Shown here: piece by piece, positions 48,917 through 57,435 of the stretch
How positions within the stretch are numbered: the stretch's first letter is position 1
Layout of the letters: every line of letters begins with the position of its first letter
Source: Campylobacteraceae bacterium
GTDB taxonomy: Bacteria; Campylobacterota; Campylobacteria; Campylobacterales; Campylobacteraceae
Assembly: GCA_012519705.1 (NCBI GenBank)
Contig: JAAYPR010000051.1
Span: 423 to 64,422, forward strand
Reading direction: 5' to 3'
DNA length: 64,000 bases
Program-made: the position numbers and the translations under genes
Notes under the pieces: generated by a model
Seen by the model: the letters and a program-made list of their open reading frames with translations, nothing else
Told to the model about the DNA's origin: nothing
The model's database searches: none

Positions 48917-49915
48917 TTGAGAAAGATAATTCTAGTTTTGTTTGCCTTAGTTTTATTAATGTTCGTCTCTTTAATCTACATAAGTGTAGATTCTGATGGA
49001 GTACTAGATAGAAAATTTAGATGCATGGCTGGGCAAGATGGGTTTTGCTATGAGCTTGGAGAGTTTTATTTAAATCAAGATATGAACCAATCTATGAAAT
49101 ATTTTGAAAAAGCGTGTGAACTTAAAAACTCGCTTGCTTGTAATCACCTAGGTTATGTTTATCAAATCGGTGCAAATGGAAAAGTTGACTTAGAAAAATC
49201 AAAAGAGTATTATCAAAAAGGGTGCGAAAACGGACTAATTCTTGCTTGTAATAATCTTGGCTTTATCTATGAAACAGAAGATAATAACACTGTGAGTGCG
49301 TTAAAATACTACGAAATTTCTTGTGAGAACAACAATACTTTTGCTTGTAATAAAGTAGGCACGTTTTATCAAGCAGGAGTTGGAGCAGATCAGAATTTTA
49401 CAAAAGCTGGTGCTGCATTTAAAAAAGCTTGTGAAAATGGAGACCTGGTAGCGTGCAATAATTTAGCAGCTTACTATCAAAACGGTTTAGGCGTTGAGAA
49501 AAATGAAGCTGTAGCGGCTGAGCTTTACACTATAGCTTGCAATGCTGGAAATTTTACATCATGCAACAACTTAGCATTTTTCCTTCAAAACGGCATAGCG
49601 GTTGATCAAAACCTAACTTTAGCTATCCAGCTTTATGATTTAGCCTGTGCAAACAATGAAAGCTTTGCTTGTCTAAATTTAGGCTTTTTAGCTCAAAATG
49701 GCGCTGGGTTAGAGCAAAATATAGAGCTGGCTCTGAATTTATATAATAAATCTTGCCAATTAGGAAACGAGACAGGTTGTCAAATGCTAAATAACCTAGT
49801 AGCAGCTATCAATCAGGCTCAACAACAGATTGAAAGAGAACAGCAGGCTCAAGAAAAAACAGCTAAACAAGAAGAGCTAAAAGAAAAAACAGAAAATAAC
49901 GCTACTAAAGAATGA
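48917..49915 (+). CDS. Sel1-like repeat protein, Hcp-like, disulfide-rich
   Basis: Eight C-x7-C Sel1 units (e.g. ACELKNSLAC, GCENGLILAC); N-terminal hydrophobic segment; TTG start after AAGGA. Confidence 0.88.
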   Translation: MRKIILVLFALVLLMFVSLIYISVDSDGVLDRKFRCMAGQDGFCYELGEFYLNQDMNQSMKYFEKACELKNSLACNHLGYVYQIGANGKVDLEKSKEYYQKGCENGLILACNNLGFIYETEDNNTVSALKYYEISCENNNTFACNKVGTFYQAGVGADQNFTKAGAAFKKACENGDLVACNNLAAYYQNGLGVEKNEAVAAELYTIACNAGNFTSCNNLAFFLQNGIAVDQNLTLAIQLYDLACANNESFACLNLGFLAQNGAGLEQNIELALNLYNKSCQLGNETGCQMLNNLVAAINQAQQQIEREQQAQEKTAKQEELKEKTENNATKE

Positions 49916-51027
49916 GTGAGTTTAAAACCATCATTTTAGGTGGTGGTGCAAGTGGGCTGTTTTTAGCTGCTAATTTAAAAGACGCGACTATCCTAGAGCA
50001 AAACAGCTCCCTTGGTAAAAAAATCATCGCAAGTGGCGGTGGAAAATGCAATATCACAAACGCTAGAATCTCTACTGACAACTATCTTGGGGATTCTAAA
50101 TTCGTCTTTGAAATTTTATCAAATTTAAACTACAAAGAAGTTTTAGAGTTTTTTAGCCCCCTTAAATTTCATAAAATAAAAAATCACCAATATTTTTGCA
50201 AAACAAACTCAAAAGATGTGTTAAATCACCTAGCTAGAAAAGTAAAAAATGCCTATCTAAACACCGAAGTTTTAGACGTTTCAAAGTCTGGCGATAAATT
50301 TGAAATCATAACTTCAAAAGGCAAATTTAAAGCTGAGAACTTAGTCGTGGCAACTGGCGGGCTAAGTTGCCCAAGTTTAGGCGTTAGTGATATAGGGTAT
50401 AAAATCGGAGCTAAATTTGGTCACGAAGTTACCACTCTAAACCCAGCTTTAACGGGTTTTACAGTTCAAAAAGAGGAGTTTTGGTTTAAGGAGTTAAGCG
50501 GAGTTAGCCTAAATGCTAGCCTAAAAGCTGGGGAGAGAAGCTTAGATGGCGACCTACTTTTTACTCATAAAGGAATTAGCGGGCCGCTTATATTTAACGC
50601 AAGTTTGTTTTGGGAAAAAGGAAGGATGAGTCTAAACTTTTTACCAAACTTTAATCTTGAAAAAATAAAACAGTCTAAAAAACAACTTGCCTCCGAACTT
50701 TCACTTCCAAAAAGCTTCATAAAAGCGTTTCTAAACTCACAAAATTTAGAAGATAAGCAGATTTATAAATTTAGTAAAGATGAGTTTGAAATTATAAAAA
50801 AACTACAAAACTACGACTTCGCACCAGCTGGAAATTTTGGTTACTCAAGAGCTGAGATAACAAAAGGCGGTGTAAAAACTGAGTTTATAGATAGCAACTG
50901 CATGAGCACTATGCAGCCAAATTTATACTTCATCGGCGAAGTGCTAGATGTAAGTGGAATGCTTGGCGGGTATAATATCCACTTTGCATTTGCAAGTGCA
51001 AAAGCTGCTTTAAAAAACTTAATTTAA
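49912..51027 (+). CDS. HI0933/BaiN-family flavoprotein
   Basis: GGGASG, SGGGKCNITN, TGGLSCP, LFTHKGISGP, GEVLDV.G.LGGYN. Confidence 0.9.
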   Translation: MSEFKTIILGGGASGLFLAANLKDATILEQNSSLGKKIIASGGGKCNITNARISTDNYLGDSKFVFEILSNLNYKEVLEFFSPLKFHKIKNHQYFCKTNSKDVLNHLARKVKNAYLNTEVLDVSKSGDKFEIITSKGKFKAENLVVATGGLSCPSLGVSDIGYKIGAKFGHEVTTLNPALTGFTVQKEEFWFKELSGVSLNASLKAGERSLDGDLLFTHKGISGPLIFNASLFWEKGRMSLNFLPNFNLEKIKQSKKQLASELSLPKSFIKAFLNSQNLEDKQIYKFSKDEFEIIKKLQNYDFAPAGNFGYSRAEITKGGVKTEFIDSNCMSTMQPNLYFIGEVLDVSGMLGGYNIHFAFASAKAALKNLI

Positions 51028-51190
51028 CAAACTAACTCTCTTCATTTTCACTATAAAAGAAACTGTTTTTTTAACAATAAATCACCTTAAAATCCCAGCA
51101 AATTTTATCTTTTAGAATTTAAATAAAATTTATCAATAAGTAGTAAAATATCAAAAAATTAAATCTATTTCTATGATATTGGAGAGAGCT

Positions 51191-52006
51191 ATGAACATTT
51201 TATTTACTTTGGATTCTAACTATATTCACCCCTTTAAAGTTGCGATGAAATCGATGTTTTTAAACAATGCTGGTGAGAGCTTAACTATTTATCTGATGCA
51301 CTCTTCCATAAAAGATGATGAGTTAGCAGACATTGAGGCTTTTGTTCGCCATCATGGACAGGAGTTTGTTTCCATTAAAGTTAGTGATGAGAGCTTTAGT
51401 AACGCCGCCACAACTATGCACTACACAAAAGAGATGTATTACCGTTTGATTTGCCATGAGTTTTTGCCAAATGATATGGAAAAAATTCTCTATATCGACC
51501 CGGATACTTTGATAATAAATAGCCTTAAAAGTCTGTATGAGATAGATATTGATGGTTATCTTTTTGTTGGGGCGTATCACGAAACTATGCCAACTAAGGT
51601 GTTAAATCAGATTAGATTTCATGAGTATGATTTGACAAATTACTACAACTCAGGAGTGTTGCTTATAAATTTAAACCTAGCAAGACAGAGAATAAACTCA
51701 GCTGAAATTTTTAAATTTGTAGAGGAAAATGGGGGTAAACTTATACTTCCAGATCAAGACGTGCTAAACGCTCTTTTTTCAAACGATATTAAGAGCATAG
51801 ATGAGAAGCTTTATAATTATGACGCTAGATATTTTCATCTTTACCGCTTGAAATTTGACAACGAATGGACGATGAGAGAGGTTATAAAAAGAACTGTGAT
51901 ACTACATTTCTGCGGTGCGAAAAAGCCGTGGAGAGATGACTATAGGGGAAGCTTTAGCTCCTTGTATGCTCACTATGAAAATTTGATGAATAGTACGAAA
52001 TATTAG
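51191..52006 (+). CDS. Glycosyltransferase family 8
   Basis: Start MNILFTLDSNY after GGAGAG; YYRL, LYIDPD (DxD), YNSGVLLINL, DQDVLN, HFCGAKKPW. Confidence 0.9.
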   Translation: MNILFTLDSNYIHPFKVAMKSMFLNNAGESLTIYLMHSSIKDDELADIEAFVRHHGQEFVSIKVSDESFSNAATTMHYTKEMYYRLICHEFLPNDMEKILYIDPDTLIINSLKSLYEIDIDGYLFVGAYHETMPTKVLNQIRFHEYDLTNYYNSGVLLINLNLARQRINSAEIFKFVEENGGKLILPDQDVLNALFSNDIKSIDEKLYNYDARYFHLYRLKFDNEWTMREVIKRTVILHFCGAKKPWRDDYRGSFSSLYAHYENLMNSTKY

Positions 52007-52049
52007 TTGCTAAATAAAAAGTGAAAAAATTATTTTTAAAAAATATCTG

Positions 52050-52111
52050 TATAAATCGCTTCGAACAGCAATCGTGAGGGCTGTTTTCTTGCTGTGAGAA
52101 GCGAGTTTATA
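52050..52111. terminator. Long hairpin between convergent GT8 and CPBP genes
   Basis: TATAAA.TCGCTTC...ACAGCAA / TTGCTGT...GAAGCGA.TTTATA. Confidence 0.45.
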
Positions 52112-52138
52112 AGCCTTTTTAGATAAGAAATATCAAAA

Positions 52139-52747
52139 CTATCCATTATAAAAATACCTACCAAGCCCTATTGTAAATATAAAATTTCCATATAGGGCGT
52201 GTTCTATCGTGGAAAGCACCACTGAGCCACTTTTAAGGTAGGTTTTCATAAACATTAGCCCACCAAAAAAGCTAAAAATCACAGCGATAAAATTTCCATA
52301 TAGCAAGTGAACAGCACCGAAAATCAGAGCGTTTATCAGCACAAAACTAAGCTCATTTTTAAAAAGAAATTTATAACGCAGGGTAAAAAAAGCACGAAAC
52401 AAAATCTCTTGAAAAAATGCTGAAAACAAGGGGTATAAAATCATCACCAAAACCCAAATTTTAAAGTGGGTTTTTGGAAGCATAAATAAAGTTTCACGCG
52501 AAAAAACAAGAGTAAAAAGAGTTAGCAAAACAGCAAAAAAGATAAACCTTTTAACTATAAATTTAAGCCCATCTAGATTAAATTTAACAAACAGCTTGTA
52601 TTTAACTCTAGCTAGATGAAAAAGGGCATAAATTGCACCGCCCCAAAGTAAGATAAACATATAGTTATCCGGAATTACTTTAAATGCCAAAAGTAATGGG
52701 GCGATGATAAAAATCAGAGCTAACTCAAAAACTCTTAAAAACTTCAC
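52139..52747 (-). CDS. CPBP/CAAX-type intramembrane protease family protein
   Basis: QEILFRA, FGAVH, HALYGN. Confidence 0.85.
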   Translation of the reverse strand: MKFLRVFELALIFIIAPLLLAFKVIPDNYMFILLWGGAIYALFHLARVKYKLFVKFNLDGLKFIVKRFIFFAVLLTLFTLVFSRETLFMLPKTHFKIWVLVMILYPLFSAFFQEILFRAFFTLRYKFLFKNELSFVLINALIFGAVHLLYGNFIAVIFSFFGGLMFMKTYLKSGSVVLSTIEHALYGNFIFTIGLGRYFYNG

Positions 52748-52754
52748 TTAAAAT

Positions 52755-53948
52755 TTACACCATCTTTAAAATTTCTACAACATCGCCTTTTTTATACCCA
52801 TCAAGTTCAAGAGGAACTACCAAAAGCCCAGCTTGGTTGTTAAGGTTATTGACTATCGCACTTGAGCCTTCTTTTTTGCCTTGCAAATTTACCTTTAAAA
52901 CCCCGTTTTCATCAACTCTTACGTTACACGCGGCAAACTCTAAAAACGGCGACTTTTTATCATAGTCTTCATCTAAAACTGCTTTGAAGCTATACTCATC
53001 CGTGATATTAAAAAAGCTTTTTAGTAGCACTCTTACGTATAAAACGCACATCACCATAGCAGAGTATGGAAACCCAGGAAGAGCGAAGATATATTTCTCA
53101 TCCGCTTTTGCCACTCTTATATGGCGACCTGGTTTGATGGCGGCTCTGTTGATGATGATTTCTAAGTTTTTGCTTAACGCGTCTTTTACGAAGTCATAAT
53201 CCCCTACGCTTACACCACCTGTTGTTAGTAAAATGTCACAAAATTTCAAAGCGTTTAAGATAGAGCTTTCCACAACTTCAGGCTTATCTTTAGCAATCGG
53301 CAGGATTATCGGCTCGCATCCCATAAGTTCCACCATCGCTGCAAGTGCGACGTGGTTCGAACTTCTAATTTGAGCGGCGTTTTCTAGCGGTTCGCCAAGG
53401 TCTTTTATCTCGCTTCCAGTTGCTAAAATCGCCACCTTTGGCTTTACAAAAACGCTTACATGAAACTCGCCAAGCTCGGCTAAAAGAGCGATTTCAGAGT
53501 AGCTGATTTTAGTGCCTTTTTTTAGCAAAATCTCGCCTTTTTTATAGCTCTCGCCAACCGCTCTTATAGCGTGACCCTTTTTGACTGGTTTTGTGATTTT
53601 TATCTTGTCACCCACGACTTCCACGTTTTCTATCGGCACTAAAGTATCGCTATTTTGAGCCATAAGTGAGCCTGTAAAGGTTTTGATACACTCATCATCT
53701 TTTAGCTTGATTTCATTCAAAGTCCCAGCAGGTGTGTCGCCTAGAATTTTATACTCATCTTTGCCAAATTTCACAGCATACCCATCCATCGACGATGTTT
53801 CAAACTCAGGGTAGTTTTCTTTTGCCACGATGTCCTCGGCAAGGTAGCGATTTAGAGCATTTGTCAGAGTTACTTTTTCTACTCTATCCCACTTGATAGT
53901 GTGTTTTTTTAGAATTTCCAAAGTTTCAGCGTAAGGCATAAATTTCAT
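52755..53948 (-). CDS. moeA: Molybdopterin molybdotransferase
   Basis: SSMDGYAV, TGGVSVGDYD, IKPG, LPGFP. Confidence 0.94.
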   Translation of the reverse strand: MKFMPYAETLEILKKHTIKWDRVEKVTLTNALNRYLAEDIVAKENYPEFETSSMDGYAVKFGKDEYKILGDTPAGTLNEIKLKDDECIKTFTGSLMAQNSDTLVPIENVEVVGDKIKITKPVKKGHAIRAVGESYKKGEILLKKGTKISYSEIALLAELGEFHVSVFVKPKVAILATGSEIKDLGEPLENAAQIRSSNHVALAAMVELMGCEPIILPIAKDKPEVVESSILNALKFCDILLTTGGVSVGDYDFVKDALSKNLEIIINRAAIKPGRHIRVAKADEKYIFALPGFPYSAMVMCVLYVRVLLKSFFNITDEYSFKAVLDEDYDKKSPFLEFAACNVRVDENGVLKVNLQGKKEGSSAIVNNLNNQAGLLVVPLELDGYKKGDVVEILKMV

Positions 53949-54427
53949 TTATCATCCTTTAAAAGCCCAGCACCCTCTATAAGAGCCGACCTTTCCTTAG
54001 CGTAAATTCTCTTACCATCTTTTAAGTCATATTTCCAAATCGGAGCATTTGCCTTAAAGTCCTCAACATACTCATTTATAAGCCTAAGTGCCACTTTTCT
54101 TTGCTTTGAGACAACTGCGGCTAGATAGGAGCTCTCGCCCACAAACACATCGCCAACCGAGTGAGCCATCAAAACCTTTGCACCCTCCGCCCCAGCCCTT
54201 TTTACCCACTCATCAAACCACGCTTTTAACATCGGTTCGTGGATGTCAAAACTAAGCCCAGTAACGCTGTCATCATCTCTAATAATGCCTGAAAAAACTA
54301 TAAAAGCACCAAGGTTTTTATCTTTTATCTCATCGTGCCATCTTGCGTAAATTTCAGCTGTATTTAGTCCGCCTTTGTGAATTTCCATTTTAGAAATTTC
54401 GCATTTTGTGTTACAAGTTCCCATCAT
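53945..54427 (-). CDS. moaE: Molybdopterin synthase catalytic subunit (start 54427 or 54388)
   Basis: GAFIVFSGIIR, HSVG, KANAPIWK; TAATG coupling to moaD. Confidence 0.9.
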   Translation of the reverse strand: MMGTCNTKCEISKMEIHKGGLNTAEIYARWHDEIKDKNLGAFIVFSGIIRDDDSVTGLSFDIHEPMLKAWFDEWVKRAGAEGAKVLMAHSVGDVFVGESSYLAAVVSKQRKVALRLINEYVEDFKANAPIWKYDLKDGKRIYAKERSALIEGAGLLKDDK

Positions 54428-54648
54428 TAACCCCCACAAACCGGCGGTAGAAGCGAGACTCTATCTCCACTTTTTAAAGCCACGTTTAAATCGCTAATTA
54501 TCGTGTCATTTAGTGCAACAGCACAAATTTCAAGCCACTCTTTAAGGCTTTCATCTTGATTTAGCAGCTCTTTTATCTCTTGTAAATTTGACGCCCTAAC
54601 TTCTAAATCAGGCTTTCCAATAGGTCCTAAAAACTCTATCTTTACCAT
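54427..54648 (-). CDS. moaD: Molybdopterin synthase sulfur carrier
   Basis: Ubiquitin-like, C-terminal PPVCGG. Confidence 0.93.
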   Translation of the reverse strand: MVKIEFLGPIGKPDLEVRASNLQEIKELLNQDESLKEWLEICAVALNDTIISDLNVALKSGDRVSLLPPVCGG

Positions 54649-54737
54649 AAATTTCCTTTTTTAAATAAATTTCAAAATATTGTAACAAAAGTTGCTAAAC
54701 TTATATATAATGTTAAAAATTTATTAAAAGGATAGAA

Positions 54738-55868
54738 ATGAGTGAGATAAAAACCCCAGCTTATGTTTGCGAACTTCCAAAGCTTTTGGCAAATTTGAGT
54801 ATTTTAAAAGAAGTAGGCGAGAGAAGTGGTGCGAAGGTGCTTTGTGCATTAAAGGGCTTTGCTTTTAGCCTTGGGATGCCCTATGTTGATAGATACCTTG
54901 ATGGTGCGACTTGTAGCGGTTTGCACGAGGCTAAATTTGCAAAAGAGTTTATAAAAAATGGCGAAATTCACACCTACTCACCAGCTTTTAAAGACGAGGA
55001 TTTTGATGAGGTTTTGGAAATTTCACACCATGTTGTTTTTAATAGCTTCAACCAATGGGAAAAATTTAGAGAAAAAGCTCTTAAAAAAGGCGTAGAGTGT
55101 GGGCTTAGAGTAAATCCGGAAAGCTCATTTTCCCCAGTTGATGCGTATAATCCATGCGGTAGATATAGCAGGCTTGGTATAACAAAAGCAAACTTTAGAT
55201 CAGATTTGATTGATGGGATTTCAGGACTTCATTTTCACGCACTTTGTGAAGAGAGTAGCGAGAGTTTGGCTAAGGTTTTAGAGAAATTTGAGGCACATTT
55301 TGGCGAGTTTATCCCAAAGATGAAATGGGTAAATTTCGGCGGTGGACACCACATCACAAGAAAAGGCTACAATATAGAGCTTTTGATAAAGTTAATCAAA
55401 AACTTTAGAGAAAAATACGGCGTAGAAGTTTATTTGGAACCTGGCGAGGCAGTTGGCTGGGAGACTGGGCACTTAGAAACAACGGTTCTTGACATCGTGG
55501 AAAATGAGAAAAAAATTGCCATTTTAGACACTTCAGCAGAGGCTCATATGCCAGATACCGTTCTTATGCCTTACCGCCCAGCTGTGAGAGGTGAGAGTGA
55601 AAATGGGGCATATAGCTACAGACTTGGTGGAAATACCTGCTTAGCAGGAGACATTATAGGGCTTGAAAGCGGAGACGCGGAGTATAAATTTGACAAGCCT
55701 TTAAAAGTGGGCGATAGAGTGATATTTGAAGATCAAATTCACTACACTATAGTTAAAAACACTACCTTTAACGGGGTAAAACTACCTGATTTAGTTTTAG
55801 TTGATGAAAATGAAAAAGTGATAAATAAAATAGAACTTGGATACGAAGAGTATAGAAGAAGAAACTAA
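54738..55868 (+). CDS. nspC: Carboxynorspermidine/carboxyspermidine decarboxylase
   Basis: LCALKGF, GLHFHALCE, NFGGGHH, HMPD, TTFNG. Confidence 0.93.
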   Translation: MSEIKTPAYVCELPKLLANLSILKEVGERSGAKVLCALKGFAFSLGMPYVDRYLDGATCSGLHEAKFAKEFIKNGEIHTYSPAFKDEDFDEVLEISHHVVFNSFNQWEKFREKALKKGVECGLRVNPESSFSPVDAYNPCGRYSRLGITKANFRSDLIDGISGLHFHALCEESSESLAKVLEKFEAHFGEFIPKMKWVNFGGGHHITRKGYNIELLIKLIKNFREKYGVEVYLEPGEAVGWETGHLETTVLDIVENEKKIAILDTSAEAHMPDTVLMPYRPAVRGESENGAYSYRLGGNTCLAGDIIGLESGDAEYKFDKPLKVGDRVIFEDQIHYTIVKNTTFNGVKLPDLVLVDENEKVINKIELGYEEYRRRN

Positions 55869-55901
55869 ATTTATAAAGCGTGTAGTAGGTATATGATATG
55901 C

Positions 55902-56101
55902 CGCTATTGTGAGCAACGAAGCGATGAGGTAACTACTTTCTAAGTGTCATTGCGAGACGGACGAAGTCCGGCGTGGCAATCTAGTTCTAAAAATTTAAAA
56001 GTTAATTTTAGTAAAATTTAGTTTTTAAAAGTTTGGTTCTTAATCAAATTTTAGTTTAATATCTAGATTGCCACGAAGTCTTACGACTTCTCGCAATGAC
56101 G
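55902..56101. repeat. CGTC-tagged REP-like palindrome cluster 4 (three copies)
   Basis: Degenerate + copy about 55902-55933; + copy 55945-55982; minus copy 56065-56101 (CGTCATTGCGAGAAGTCGTAAGACTTCGTGGCAATCT). Confidence 0.86.
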
Positions 56102-56539
56102 ATAGAGCGTAAATTTACGCTAAAATTTTCTAGTGCATCAAAAAATATAAAAGAATTCTTAAATTCAAAGAATTTTATATATAACCGCATGGATTTTGAA
56201 TTAAATTTATACTTAAATTTGTAAAATTTCAAAAATTTAGTCAAAATTCGGCTTAAGTTTCAAATTTAAATTTTATAAAATTTTCCTATTTTTTAACTAA
56301 ATATAAGATATAAATATTAATATAAAAAATTAAGTTTAAATCTTAAAGAATAGTTATTAATCCCTTAGAACCGTGATATTAAACAATCAAAGAAAAAATA
56401 AAAAAAAAATATTCAAAAAAAGCATATTTAATATAATATAAAAATTAAAAACTAGTTTTATTTTTTATCAAATTAAAAGAGAAATTTGTGTAAATTTCAA
56501 CTTGAAAATATCTCTTATTATATAGAAAGGTTAAACTTT

Positions 56540-57301
56540 ATGATCAACAAAGAAAGTGTAAAAGATGCTAGACAGCTCTACTACTCACTGCTATCAAGGC
56601 TTTTTGTTTTTAGCTATAGCGATGAGAGGTTTAGCGGAGTAAAAGAGACTATGTCTGTGATGGCAACTTCACCGCTTGATGAGTTAAGCAAAGATGCACT
56701 TGAACATGTTGTAGATAAATTTGACACTTCAAAACTTATAGAGGAGTATGATGATATTTTTCACGCTCCGCCAACTCCAGTTAGAGTTACTATAAGCTAC
56801 TATAGTGAGGGGTATGAGAGTGGCGAGGCACACGCAAAGGTAAAAAAACTTCTTTCTAAGACAAAACTTAGAAAAGATGATTCTAAGTATGTGGAAAACG
56901 AGGATAATTTCGGATTTTTATTTACTCTTATGAGTCAGTTCATAGATGATGAAACACTTTGTACTGAGATTTTCACAGAGTTTATAAACCCATATGTTGA
57001 TGAGTTTATAGCAAACGTTTACACACATGATAGTAGCGATGTTTACAAAGAGATTGCTATTATTCTTAGAAGCTTCATGGAGTTTGAAAGAGCCTATTAC
57101 GGAGTGTCAAAACCAGTGGATTCTAAAAATATTCAGGTGTATGGTGGCCTTTCAAGGTCTGAAAGGGCTAGGAGAGAGCTTAATAAGCAAAAAAGAAGTA
57201 GAGGGAGTAGAGATGGATTCGAAAAGAAGAAACTTTCTGAAACAGGGAGCGATGGCAGCAGCAGGGGTAGCAGTAGCATCGACTGCTTTGAATGCAGCTG
57301 A
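56540..57301 (+). CDS. TorD/DmsD-family formate dehydrogenase maturation chaperone
   Basis: ATG 56540 after AAAGG; EEYDDIF, SYYSEGYESG, ENEDNFGF; first gene of the fdh operon. Confidence 0.83.
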   Translation: MINKESVKDARQLYYSLLSRLFVFSYSDERFSGVKETMSVMATSPLDELSKDALEHVVDKFDTSKLIEEYDDIFHAPPTPVRVTISYYSEGYESGEAHAKVKKLLSKTKLRKDDSKYVENEDNFGFLFTLMSQFIDDETLCTEIFTEFINPYVDEFIANVYTHDSSDVYKEIAIILRSFMEFERAYYGVSKPVDSKNIQVYGGLSRSERARRELNKQKRSRGSRDGFEKKKLSETGSDGSSRGSSSIDCFECS

Positions 57302-57398
57302 GCCAAAGAAAGACCTAAAGTCTAACAGCGGTAAAAAAGCAGAAATTTTGTACCAAGAAACACAAACTTGGAAAACATACTATAAAGATGCTGAGTAA
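57213..57398 (+). CDS. Small Tat-signal protein of the fdh operon
   Basis: GGGAG RBS; MDSKRRNFLK; EILYQETQTWKTYY. Confidence 0.83.
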   Translation: MDSKRRNFLKQGAMAAAGVAVASTALNAAEPKKDLKSNSGKKAEILYQETQTWKTYYKDAE

Positions 57399-57435
57399 TC
57401 AGTTAAAGAAGTAATTAAGAGAGGAAGGAGTTAAG

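Noticed and set aside
23824-56101. REP clusters as CRISPR arrays or integron attC sites
   Set aside because: No constant repeat-spacer period, mixed orientations, no cas or integrase gene, and no GTTRRRY/RYYYAAC cores framing cassettes
56056-56244. 62-aa minus-strand ORF ending VIARSRKTSWQSRY
   Set aside because: Same repeat-derived peptide in low-complexity AT DNA; no RBS
56102-56539. Long AT-rich region before the fdh operon searched for a sigma54 site, Moco riboswitch or sRNA
   Set aside because: No TGGCAC-N5-TTGC or riboswitch-like stems recognised; too low in complexity to support a call
57213-57301. 89-nt overlap between the TorD-like gene and the small Tat gene as a possible frameshift
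   Set aside because: Both genes have RBSs and complete motifs; the overlap looks like a low-complexity C-terminal run-on
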